From assembly GCA_046293555.1 (NCBI GenBank), contig JBKBOT010000001.1, forward strand, positions 87,753 to 110,151: a stretch of 22,399 nt of DNA, written 5' to 3'. This document shows positions 1-8,530 of the stretch, in pieces. The notes beneath the pieces are model-generated. The model was not told the DNA's origin. It saw only the letters and a program-made list of their open reading frames with translations, and made no database searches. Within the stretch, counting starts at the first letter, position 1. Each line of letters opens with the position of its first letter. Origin of the DNA: Pyrobaculum sp. (GTDB taxonomy: Archaea; Thermoproteota; Thermoprotei; Thermoproteales; Thermoproteaceae). The position numbers and the translations under genes were made by a program.

Positions 1-172
1 TCCTCACCTCCCTGGGGTCAAACCTCTTCACAAAGGTGGCCACTGGACACCGGAGGACGCCAGGCCTCACCCTGCCGTATGTGACATATAGATTGCCGAC
101 GGCGGCAGTTATGTACACCACCACAAAGCCCTCCTCTCTACACATTAACTCCACATCGCTTGGGTCAGACAT
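1..172 (-). CDS. Hypothetical protein, N-terminal part (runs off the left edge)
   Basis: Open frame from ATG at 172 (MSDPSDVELMCREEGFVVVYITAAVGNLYVTYGRVRPGVLRCPVATFVKRFDPREVR...) with no stop before position 1. AT-rich TATA-like CTTAAAG at about 181-188. The start could be GTG at 154. Confidence 0.6.
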   Translation of the reverse strand, partial: MSDPSDVELMCREEGFVVVYITAAVGNLYVTYGRVRPGVLRCPVATFVKRFDPREVR

Positions 173-273
173 GTAGACATCTTTAAGTATGTACACGCCG
201 CCTGGCGGCGGCGGGCCCCAGTACATCTGCCACCCCTCGCCTAGAAACTCCGCCACTTGTCTCAACCGAGACG

Positions 274-942
274 TCATGGCGATTTGTACAAAATCCCGCC
301 GCCTCCAGTTTTTGTACAGTTGGCATTTCTGCACACATCTCCCCACCTCCCCAATTTGGCGTCAACATACGGCATCCGCCCGGTGTCAAGCCAGTAGAGC
401 CACTCGGCCAGATGTCTATTTCTCCTATCCCGCCACCTGGACCACGCCACCCACGCGTAGCCCCTCTCTCTAGCTAGCTCTCTCAGCCACTGCGGGAAGG
501 CCGACCTGAAGACCCACAGGGGCCTCGCCTTCGGCACGTCAGAAACCCATTTAAATAACGTCGGCGCCCTGTTTCTCCAGACGTAAGCCCTCCCGTCGTG
601 TAGAGATGTGAGGAGGTAACACGGCGAGACCTGCAGCCTTATGTCTAACGTCCCGTATTCCACCACGGGAGGCCACCTGGTCCGATAGCTAGGCGAGACG
701 TAGCCGCCCTCTATATACAACATCCAGTCCCGTCTATACACGCCGCCAATTTTCAGCCCCCTAAGGCCCATGTAGATAACGGGGGGGCTCTCCCTGGCGA
801 ATTCCACTAGGTCATCCACATCTCTGGCTACATGTCTCAACCTCCTCAAGAGTTCTTTCACAAAGTCGCCGCCTAGCAGCGTCTCCCAGTCTTCTGGAAT
901 GTAGTGGATAAATATACACGGGTCTACACCTGGCTTAAACAC
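274..942 (-). CDS. Hypothetical protein, Trp/Arg-rich C-terminus (222 aa)
   Basis: Long ORF with GTG start and TATA box TTTATAAA at 957-964. No recognisable family motif. Confidence 0.7.
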   Translation of the reverse strand: MFKPGVDPCIFIHYIPEDWETLLGGDFVKELLRRLRHVARDVDDLVEFARESPPVIYMGLRGLKIGGVYRRDWMLYIEGGYVSPSYRTRWPPVVEYGTLDIRLQVSPCYLLTSLHDGRAYVWRNRAPTLFKWVSDVPKARPLWVFRSAFPQWLRELARERGYAWVAWSRWRDRRNRHLAEWLYWLDTGRMPYVDAKLGRWGDVCRNANCTKTGGGGILYKSP

Positions 943-974
943 GATATTTCTACCTGTTTATAAACAGATTAAGG

Positions 975-1080
975 TGGAGCCCCGGCCGGGATTTGAACTC
1001 CCGGGGTGCCCCTCCCGGGACCTACGGGTCTCCACAACTCTCTGCAGCCCGCCGCTCTGACCGGACTGAGCTACCGGGGC
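975..1080 (-). tRNA. tRNA-Cys(GCA) with two introns: 12 nt at 37/38 (1030-1041) and 16 nt at 53/54 (998-1013); CCA encoded
   Basis: Minus strand reads GCCCCGG-TA-GCTC..GAGC-G-GCGGG-CT-GCA-G[AGAGTTGTGGAG]A-CCCGT-AGGTC-CCGGG[AGGGGCACCCCGGGAG]TTCAAAT-CCCGG-CCGGGGC-T-CCA. U73 discriminator. Both introns fit BHB/BHL geometry (central helices CUGC/GUGG and CCCG/CGGG). Confidence 0.93.
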
Positions 1081-1087
1081 CAGTTCT

Positions 1088-1771
1088 CTATGTTGCAGCT
1101 CTTTTTATTATTTTCGCCTCTCTAATTTCGAAATACCCCCACCCAGCCTCGCGCCAATATCTCTCCCCACGGACCTCAATAACAAAAAGGGGGCTCTCTA
1201 CGACATATGTCTCGAATTCTCCCCCCTCGCCCACGGGGGAAAAGCCGTGTTTCCTACTTAACAGAATTAGCCCCTCCGCCGCCTCCGGGGTGATAACCAC
1301 GCCCAGATGTTCCGGCCTAAGGCCCATGGCCATAGCCGCAGTGAGGATAAACTTAAGCCGACGTGATTCTTCTCTCAAAAGCTCCCCCTGATCTCTACCC
1401 CATAGTGGAGACAGATGTACAAGACCTACCCTCTCCGCTATGTGGTCCACCCTCTCTTTTTGGTACCTAGACGCCACGACTCCCGACACGACGCCGTCGA
1501 AGCCATATAGCTCTTTTAGCTTCCCCACTGCGTGTAGTAACTCCTCGACCTCTCTTTCCCTATCCCCACTTACCTCTACCGCCACCTGGGGGACCCCAAT
1601 GGCCAGGCCGTGGAGAAAACTCCACCTTATGTTATATGTGTGGAACATATAGGAGTCCACCCGCCGGGGCACCACGGTGACTAGACAGGCCAGCTCGTGT
1701 CCCTCCTCTATGGCTTTAAGCATAGCGTAATGGCTATCTTTCCCCCCGCTGTATAAGACAGCAACCTTCAT
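1088..1771 (-). CDS. dph6: Diphthine-ammonia ligase (PP-loop ATPase, Dph6 family)
   Basis: N-terminal LYSGGKDS PP-loop, plus DSYMFH, SRYQKERV, PLWG and GEGGEFETYV family motifs. Confidence 0.88.
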   Translation of the reverse strand: MKVAVLYSGGKDSHYAMLKAIEEGHELACLVTVVPRRVDSYMFHTYNIRWSFLHGLAIGVPQVAVEVSGDREREVEELLHAVGKLKELYGFDGVVSGVVASRYQKERVDHIAERVGLVHLSPLWGRDQGELLREESRRLKFILTAAMAMGLRPEHLGVVITPEAAEGLILLSRKHGFSPVGEGGEFETYVVESPLFVIEVRGERYWREAGWGYFEIREAKIIKRAAT

Positions 1772-2037
1772 CTCAGGTTGCGAACTATTTTCTCCATCTG
1801 CGCTATGGCGTCAAGGCGGCCCCTGGCCTCTATCACGCCCTCTCTCTGTGTCTCCCCGCTTTTGACCACATATACCAACCTCCTAGTGGTGGGGAACCAC
1901 AAGAAGTAGACCTCATAGCCCCCCACCCTCCCGATGACCCACTCCATCGCCCCGCCGGCCTCTCCGGCGGACTCCACGACGTCTAGAAGCTTTGCCCCCT
2001 CCACGTGAAAAGCCTCTACAAATTGCAACAAGTCCAC
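1768..2037 (-). CDS. Hypothetical protein (89 aa), translationally coupled to dph6
   Basis: ATGA-type stop/start overlap with dph6 at 1768-1771. TATA box (minus-strand TTTTTAAAA, 2052-2060) upstream of the GTG. Confidence 0.75.
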   Translation of the reverse strand: MDLLQFVEAFHVEGAKLLDVVESAGEAGGAMEWVIGRVGGYEVYFLWFPTTRRLVYVVKSGETQREGVIEARGRLDAIAQMEKIVRNLR

Positions 2038-2232
2038 GTAGATATTGGGAGTTTTAAAAAGCTATGTTTTTGTACACCGCTCTCTACGTTCAGCTTTCAG
2101 ATCGCTCTCCTGCTTGGGCGCCCCAAATCTACACACGTCTAGATAAGGCGCCAGGAGGAGACACATGCTGTTAATAAAGTTCTTTATCTTTGTCCACATG
2201 GATAAAAACTACCCCCACTTTGAAAAATTTTT

Positions 2233-4977
2233 CTATTCGTGTTGTTTTTGCCTCTCCAATACCGCAGCCTGTGCGGCAGCTAGTCTGGCTAGCGGCACTC
2301 TATACGGCGAGGCGCTTACGTAATCCACCTTAGTCTTGTGGAGGAAATGTATCGACCTGGGGTCGCCGCCGTGTTCTCCACAAATCCCAACCTCTATAGA
2401 CGGATTCACCTCCTTGGCGGTGGCTGCCGCCAGTTCGACCAGTTTGCCTACACCCCTTACGTCAAGAGTCTCGAAGGGGTTGGCGTCTAACAGCTTTAGC
2501 TCTAGGTACTGAGGTATGAACTTGTTCTCAGCGTCGTCGCGGCTGAAGCTAAACACCGCCTGAGTCAAGTCGTTAGTGCCAAAACTAATGAAATCCACAT
2601 GTTTGCCAATTTCGTCCATGGTTAACGCCGCCCTCACGGTCTCCACCATGGTGCCAATCTTGACGTCTAGCTTTACGCCAAATTCGCTCTCCACATCTCT
2701 CAACGCCGGGAGAATCGCCTTCTCCTTTACGTATAGTATCTCTCTCACTTCAGCCACCTGCGGTATCATGACCTCCACTACAGGCCTGGCGCCCTCTTTC
2801 TTCAACTCGGCGGCGGCCTCAAATATGGCCTTGTTTAGATAGTAGTAGAAATCCGTATGTGTGACCCCAACCCTCACGCCCCTATGGCCTAACATCGGGT
2901 TGGCTTCCTGCAACGCCTTAATACGGCGGTAGAACTTCTCCAGCTCTTTCACCTCTTCACCCCTGGACCTGTATATCTGCTCCAACACCTCCTCTGGCTT
3001 CGGCAGGAACTCATGTAGCGGCGGGTCGATTAGCCTCACGATAACCGGCAGCCCGTCCATTATCTTAAACACCTCCTTGAAGTCGCCTTTCAGCATCCTG
3101 TAGAGCTGTTCTAAATATGGCCTCCTCTCCTCTGGCGATTCCGCCAGGATGATTTTCCTCAAAAGTTCTAACCTCTCGGGCTTTCTAAACATCCTCTCTA
3201 TCCGCAACAGCCCGATGCCCTCCGCGCCGAACTTTCTGGCAATAGCCGCATCTTCCGGCAGGTCGGCGTTTGCCCTCACGCCAAGCCTCCTGTATTCATC
3301 AGCCCATCTTAACAACTCTTCTAGCTCTGGAATTAACTCGGCCTCGATTGTAGGCACCACGCCGATGTAGACACTGCCGGTATGGCCATCTATAGTTATC
3401 CAGTCGCCCTCTTTTACCGCCACGTCGCCAATCTTGAGATATTTCCCCTCCTCGTTGATCTCAATGGCCTCTGCGCCAACTACAGCTGGCTTCCCGATCG
3501 CCCGTGCCACCACTGCGGCGTGGCTGGTCATCCCCCCGCGGCTGGTCAAAATGCCCACAGAGGCGTAGAAGCCATGTACGTCATCTGGCTTTGTCTCCAC
3601 TCTCGCCAAAATCACGCGCCTGCCTTCAGCCGCCTGCCTCACCGCATCGTCTGGGTGAAATACCACCTGTCCAGATACGGCGCCGGGGCTTGCAGGTAGG
3701 CCTTGAGCCGCCGGCTTTGCCTTAGCCTTGGGGTCTATCCTGGGGTACAGTAGCTGTATCACGTGTTCCGGCTTGACGTAAAGAAGGCTCTCCTCTCTTG
3801 TAATAATGCCCTCCTTGGCCATATCTACGGCCGTCTTTACTCTCGCCAAGGCTGTCATCTTGGCGTTTCTGCTCTGTAGGAAGTACAAGACGCCGCGCTC
3901 TACAGTAAACTCCACGTCCTGGACGTCTTTATTTACTCTCTCCAGCTGCTTTGCCCCTCTGTACAACTCCTCGTAGAGATGTGGAAACCCCTTTCTGAAC
4001 TCCTCGATGTTCATAGGCGTCCTGATGCCGGCCACTACGTCCTCGCCTTGAGCTACGGGCAGGAACTCGCCATATAGCTTGTCCTCCCCAGTGGCGACAT
4101 CTCTACTAAACACAACGCCGGTGCCGGAGTCCCACCCGGCGTTGCCGAAAACCATGGTAACTATATTTACCGCCGTACAGTCGGCAACGTCGGGAGTTAT
4201 CTTCTCAATAATCCTATAGAAGATAGCCCTGGGGCTCATCCAAGACCTAAAGACAGCCTTTATGGCAAGTCTTAGCTGCATCCAGGGGTCTTGTGGGGGT
4301 ACCTCCCTCTCCCTGTATATAATTTCCTTGAACTTCTCCACCGCCTCCTTAAGCCCCTCTAGGGGTACCTCCGGGTCGTCCTTTACGCCGTACTTCCTCT
4401 TGATCTCCTCCCAGGCGGTAGAGAATAGCTTGTCTTCAATAGACAGGACGATTTTGCCAAACATCTGTAGGAACCTCCTATATGCGTCATAGGCAAACCA
4501 CTCGTTGTTAGTTTGTTTCGCCAGACCTCTAACTGTCTCGTCATTAAGGCCAAGGTTTAACACTGTGTCCATCATCCCCGGCATGGAGACAGCCGCGCCG
4601 CTTCTCACAGAGACAAGCAGCGGGTTCTCGGCATCGCCGAATTTCTTCCCACTCTCTTTCTCCAGTTGATACATATACTGCACGGCCTCCCTCCAGATCT
4701 CTTCAGGTATCTCCAAACTGTTTATAACGTCGTGAAGCTTTTTAATAACCTCATCGCGTACCTCCGGAGGGGGGTTCTTCAAGAGGATTGCCTCCAGTTT
4801 GGAGATCTCCTCCTGTCTCGGCTCGTAGAACTTCTTACAGGCCTCGGTAGTTATGATAAAGCCTGGCGGCACCCTGAGGCCTAGTTGCGTCATTTGGATC
4901 AAGCTAGCCCCCTTGCCGCCAAAGAGCTTTTTATCTCGATAATCTGCCTCCTTAAAGCTGTAGACATATCTACCCAT
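2233..4977 (-). CDS. ppdK: Pyruvate, phosphate dikinase
   Basis: Motifs GGKGA, LLVSVRSGAAVSMPGMMDTVLNLGLN, AQGEDVVAGIRTP, phospho-His motif GGMTSHAAVVAR, SFGTNDLTQ and GICGEHGGDP. 914 aa. Confidence 0.97.
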   Translation of the reverse strand: MGRYVYSFKEADYRDKKLFGGKGASLIQMTQLGLRVPPGFIITTEACKKFYEPRQEEISKLEAILLKNPPPEVRDEVIKKLHDVINSLEIPEEIWREAVQYMYQLEKESGKKFGDAENPLLVSVRSGAAVSMPGMMDTVLNLGLNDETVRGLAKQTNNEWFAYDAYRRFLQMFGKIVLSIEDKLFSTAWEEIKRKYGVKDDPEVPLEGLKEAVEKFKEIIYREREVPPQDPWMQLRLAIKAVFRSWMSPRAIFYRIIEKITPDVADCTAVNIVTMVFGNAGWDSGTGVVFSRDVATGEDKLYGEFLPVAQGEDVVAGIRTPMNIEEFRKGFPHLYEELYRGAKQLERVNKDVQDVEFTVERGVLYFLQSRNAKMTALARVKTAVDMAKEGIITREESLLYVKPEHVIQLLYPRIDPKAKAKPAAQGLPASPGAVSGQVVFHPDDAVRQAAEGRRVILARVETKPDDVHGFYASVGILTSRGGMTSHAAVVARAIGKPAVVGAEAIEINEEGKYLKIGDVAVKEGDWITIDGHTGSVYIGVVPTIEAELIPELEELLRWADEYRRLGVRANADLPEDAAIARKFGAEGIGLLRIERMFRKPERLELLRKIILAESPEERRPYLEQLYRMLKGDFKEVFKIMDGLPVIVRLIDPPLHEFLPKPEEVLEQIYRSRGEEVKELEKFYRRIKALQEANPMLGHRGVRVGVTHTDFYYYLNKAIFEAAAELKKEGARPVVEVMIPQVAEVREILYVKEKAILPALRDVESEFGVKLDVKIGTMVETVRAALTMDEIGKHVDFISFGTNDLTQAVFSFSRDDAENKFIPQYLELKLLDANPFETLDVRGVGKLVELAAATAKEVNPSIEVGICGEHGGDPRSIHFLHKTKVDYVSASPYRVPLARLAAAQAAVLERQKQHE

Positions 4978-5123
4978 GTGCCCACAATCTTTAAAATTTA
5001 AAAATTTTTCTCAATTAAATTCTTAGACCCTATCTGTAATAGGTAAATAACAACCACATGAAAGAATATAAACAGACTTACAATTATATATAATTATAAT
5101 TTCCGCAAAAGGGGAGATATATA

Positions 5124-5837
5124 TCACATATTGGCTAACGGCCCCAGCTCTATGGGCAACGTCTTTACAAACCCCACCCCCCACTTGAAGACATCTAGCT
5201 TCGCCGCCACTACCCCCACGCCACTTCTGTAGGCATAAGTCAAAGCTTGAGAAAACCTCCTGTCTGTCCCCCAGTTGGGGGAGAAAACCTCTGCCCTCTT
5301 TCTAAAAACTAGAAACAACACCCACGCCTCATGTCCCAGCCTAGCCGCCTCCACAAGTTTTAACATGTGGCGGGCCCCCCTTGAGGTGGGGGCATCTGGG
5401 AAGAGGGCACGTCCGCCCGACTCCAGGGTCACTCCTTTCACCTCCACGTAGGCTAAGCCGCCCGTGGGGGTACGTAACAACAGGTCAAATCTCCCCCCGC
5501 CAAAAGCCGGCTCTGTCTTCTCTACGCGATATCCATGAAACACATGTCCACTCTCTATAAGCCACCTGGCGATTTTTGTATGTAACGCCGAGTCTACAAG
5601 AACTAGCTCACCTCCCACCTCCGCCGCGAGGAGGTAATACCTGGCTCTGCCCTTCCCCCTCTCTCTGGCCCATATCATAACACCTGGAGTTAACACCTCC
5701 GCCAGCCTCCCGGGGTCATGTATGTGTATCTCCACCACCCCTCCACTAATTTCAGCTAGGCCGAGAAACCTGTTTACCCGCCTGACAAAACGTCCAGCCA
5801 CATCTGGCGGGGGGAGGGGAAAAGACATTAACCCCAC
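5124..5837 (-). CDS. sfsA: SfsA family DNA/RNA nuclease (PD-(D/E)XK fold)
   Basis: Motifs [29 protein letters not shown] and [12 protein letters not shown]. Confidence 0.92.
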   Translation of the reverse strand: MGLMSFPLPPPDVAGRFVRRVNRFLGLAEISGGVVEIHIHDPGRLAEVLTPGVMIWARERGKGRARYYLLAAEVGGELVLVDSALHTKIARWLIESGHVFHGYRVEKTEPAFGGGRFDLLLRTPTGGLAYVEVKGVTLESGGRALFPDAPTSRGARHMLKLVEAARLGHEAWVLFLVFRKRAEVFSPNWGTDRRFSQALTYAYRSGVGVVAAKLDVFKWGVGFVKTLPIELGPLANM

Positions 5838-5851
5838 AGATCTGGGAGCTT

Positions 5852-6778
5852 GTGTCTGTTATTAAAGTACCTCTGCCGGGCATGGAGCTAGGCCATGTCA
5901 ACATCTATGTGGTAAAATGTGCCGACGGCTACGGCGTCATTGATGTAGGCATGGCGACCTACGAGGCCGCCCTGGCGTTAATAAGGGGCTTGAAGCACGC
6001 CGAGATAAAACCAGTCACCAAGGTTTTTATCACACATTTCCACGCAGATCACATCACGTTGTCGCAACTCCTTGCGGAAATCGCCTCGCCGGATTTCTAC
6101 ATAGGCCTAGAGGAATTCCTCCCCCACGACATAGAGGAGGTGGTAAAGCTGTATATAGAGGAATACAGGCGGCACGGCGTGCCAACCCAACTTCTGGAGG
6201 GTTTCTACACCATACACCCCATCTCCCGTTTCAGAAAGGCTTTTGAAGACCTCTCAAAGCTGTCCTGGCGTCGGGTAAGAGACGGCGAAAGGCTAGACTG
6301 CGGCCTCGAGGCCATGTGGACGCCAGGCCACACGCCGGGACATACGGTATATATATCGCCACACGGGGTGTACACCGGCGACCACGTCCTGCCTAAAATT
6401 ACCCCCAACATCTCCTGGCTTCCCAAAGAGGGCTTTAACCCCCTGGCGGAATATCTTACAAGTCTCCGTAAGACCCACCTAAAGGCGACGGCCTATCCAG
6501 GCCACGGCGCCCCCATTCCAGACCTCTCTCGACGTGTGGAAGAACTCCTAGCCCATCACTACAGGCGCCTAGAGGAGATCTTGAAGATATTAACAAAACC
6601 CATGACGTTATACGACGTGGCTAGACAGGTTCCGTGGGACGCCGGCCTTTTCGAACAGTTCGACGTTTTTAACAGGATATTCGCCATAGGCGAGACCTAC
6701 AGCCACCTCATGTATCTAGAGACAGCTGGAAAGGTGGAGAGGGTAGAAAAAGAGGTGGTCTACTGGAGGCCAGCCTAG
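5852..6778 (+). CDS. MBL-fold metallo-hydrolase with C-terminal winged-helix-like domain
   Basis: Metal-ligand motifs [19 protein letters not shown] and PGHG. Confidence 0.9.
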   Translation: MSVIKVPLPGMELGHVNIYVVKCADGYGVIDVGMATYEAALALIRGLKHAEIKPVTKVFITHFHADHITLSQLLAEIASPDFYIGLEEFLPHDIEEVVKLYIEEYRRHGVPTQLLEGFYTIHPISRFRKAFEDLSKLSWRRVRDGERLDCGLEAMWTPGHTPGHTVYISPHGVYTGDHVLPKITPNISWLPKEGFNPLAEYLTSLRKTHLKATAYPGHGAPIPDLSRRVEELLAHHYRRLEEILKILTKPMTLYDVARQVPWDAGLFEQFDVFNRIFAIGETYSHLMYLETAGKVERVEKEVVYWRPA

Positions 6779-7059
6779 CCGCCAAAAGGCGGGATTATCT
6801 GAACCACATCCCCCTCATGTAGCATGGTGTCTAACCCCTCTAGAAAATCTATAGAACGGCCGTTAATCCAGATGTCATGCATGGGGATTATCTTATCGCC
6901 ACTTAGGAGCCTCCTCTTGAGCCCAGGGTGGCGTATTTCTAACAGCTCTAAAACCTCTCTGACAGAGGCCCCGTCTCCCACCTCAAGGACGTAAGTAACC
7001 ACGTCGTATTGATCTAAGCCGAAGTATCTAGGCCCAAAGATCTTCACCACTATTCTCAC
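6775..7059 (-). CDS. MoaD/ThiS/Urm1(SAMP)-like ubiquitin-fold protein
   Basis: 94 aa with [22 protein letters not shown] ending in a C-terminal di-glycine. Confidence 0.9.
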   Translation of the reverse strand: MRIVVKIFGPRYFGLDQYDVVTYVLEVGDGASVREVLELLEIRHPGLKRRLLSGDKIIPMHDIWINGRSIDFLEGLDTMLHEGDVVQIIPPFGG

Positions 7060-7108
7060 ACCCGTTAACCTCTTAAAACTTTTAAAATTTACGAATTAGT
7101 GATAACAG

Positions 7109-7196
7109 GCGGGGGTGCCCGAGCCAGGTCAAAGGGGCAGGGTTTAGGTCCCTGTGGCGTAGGCCTGCGTGGGTTCAAATCCCACCCCCCGCACCA
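7109..7196 (+). tRNA. tRNA-Leu(TAG), intronless, long variable arm, CCA encoded
   Basis: GCGGGGG/CCCCCGC acceptor stem, CAGGG-TT-TAG-GT-CCCTG anticodon arm, GTGGG-TTCAAAT-CCCAC T arm, A73 followed by CCA. TATA box TTTAAAA at 7081. Confidence 0.96.
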
Positions 7197-7237
7197 CTTC
7201 AGGGTAATAGATATAAAGGGGTATAAACATCTCACAT

Positions 7238-7408
7238 ATGGCACGCAGAAAGAAGGTGGAGGGACTTAACCCCTTCGTGGCGGCCGGCTTAATTAAATTT
7301 AGCGAGGAGGGAGAGCTAGAGAAGATAAAACTCTCCCCAAAATCTGCCGTAGTTATTTCCATCATAATAATAGCCACCATATTCGCATTACATCTAATAC
7401 CGCTGTAG
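7238..7408 (+). CDS. secG: Preprotein translocase subunit Sec61beta (archaeal SecG-like), 56 aa; absent from the ORF track
   Basis: MARRKKVEGLNPFVAAGLIKFSEEGELEKIKLSPKSAVVISIIIIATIFALHLIPL: AGLI.F.EE..K..P motif followed by one C-terminal TM helix. Own TATA box (ATATAAA, about 7211). Confidence 0.88.
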   Translation: MARRKKVEGLNPFVAAGLIKFSEEGELEKIKLSPKSAVVISIIIIATIFALHLIPL

Positions 7409-7817
7409 TTAGTGACAGCTAAACGGCGGCTAATTGGCGTAGGAAGTCAGGCGACTGTCGTACATCCTATAGAAAGGCCGTTGCAGCCAGCATACAGCCA
7501 TCCTTAACTGCTGACATCTGCCGCAATTACGGCAGCGGTGGAGCCTATGTCGCATCTCAACATCTGGGTAGACTTTTGGGATCTACCCGCCGTCGGCTTG
7601 TAGACAAGGCAGTAACCCATTGTGAGTGGTCTCACCTTGGCGTTTTGGAATCGGAAGGAGGACTACCTCCGCCTTTATGCTCTGGCCGAGGGCAGTTGTA
7701 GCCATACTGCGTCGGCCTCCACCGACGCCTTGCCGGAGGTGCCCCACCGCGTTGTTACGCGGGCCTTTCTAGTCAGCGTCCAGTAACCATAAGATGCGTC
7801 TTCTCGTGTGATGGGTG

Positions 7818-8477
7818 TTATGGAGTTGTTTTGTCCTGTCCGGCTTTTAGATTGTCAAAAATTGTCTTAACCCACTGGAGCCAGTCTGTAAACGTTTGGT
7901 CTCTCCCAACTGTAAAAGGCTCGTAAACCACATAGGTTGTGTCGTTACGAAACACGGCGATGTATATTGGGGGTATTGGCGTGATCTCAACGCCGCCCAG
8001 CGGCCTATAGGAGCCGTAAGCTCTCGCAAGAAATCTCGCTAGCTCCAACGCGCCGTCTATTTTTGTAGAGTCTGGTTGCCCTACCTTCACGACGCCGTGT
8101 AGATACTCCTCAAGTGCCAGCTGGCCGCCGTAGAGTAGAGATAGGCACTGCCTAGTGGTGTTGTCAGTAGCCCAAGGCGCCAGATATACTGTATACCCCT
8201 CTGCCATCTTTAACACGTCTGTTAACACCAGAAGCAGCTCAGCCCTATTTGTGGCATTTATCTCATCTCTATAGCCGATAACCACCACGCCGCTATCTCC
8301 TCTTTTTGCCAATATGGCCACTTGAGAAACAAGCTGTATCGCCTTCTGTCTAGCTGTCTGGTCTTCCCAATATGGCTTGTGTACCGGCTCCTTACTTCCG
8401 GCGGGCAGCGTGGCAAATAGCAGCCCCACGGTGGCCACAAAGGCCGCCACAAATATGACCCAGTTGGAGAACCTCAT
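7818..8477 (-). CDS. Hypothetical secreted or membrane-anchored protein
   Basis: ATG at 8477 gives MRFSNWVIFVAAFVATVGLLFA, which is signal-peptide-like. AT-rich divergent promoter at 8498-8512. Confidence 0.75.
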   Translation of the reverse strand: MRFSNWVIFVAAFVATVGLLFATLPAGSKEPVHKPYWEDQTARQKAIQLVSQVAILAKRGDSGVVVIGYRDEINATNRAELLLVLTDVLKMAEGYTVYLAPWATDNTTRQCLSLLYGGQLALEEYLHGVVKVGQPDSTKIDGALELARFLARAYGSYRPLGGVEITPIPPIYIAVFRNDTTYVVYEPFTVGRDQTFTDWLQWVKTIFDNLKAGQDKTTP

Positions 8478-8530
8478 GTGGCCCACCTTTCTCACTGTTA
8501 TAAATATTTAAAGGAGGTGACCTCACCGAC

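Noticed and set aside
993-1391. 132-aa plus-strand ORF
   Set aside because: Antisense shadow of tRNA-Cys and dph6, with no protein motifs.
2062-2166. 34-codon minus-strand ORF MCLLLAPY...
   Set aside because: TATA box too close to the ATG, no motif, and better explained by the RNA hairpin.
2576-4884. Multiple plus-strand ORFs within ppdK (similarly within the MFS, acylase and ATPase genes)
   Set aside because: Antisense or off-frame shadows of well-supported genes.
2194-5060. CCACATG and AAAAATTTTT occurring on both flanks of ppdK
   Set aside because: Short, low-complexity, order not preserved, and no mobility genes. Compatible with chance.
7144-7380. 78-aa minus-strand ORF
   Set aside because: Antisense to tRNA-Leu and sec61beta.
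7409-7817. SRP RNA, RNase P RNA or CRISPR array as an explanation of the hairpin-rich gap
   Set aside because: No SRP helix-8 motif, no paired RNase P P4 signature regions, and the hairpins share no repeated sequence.
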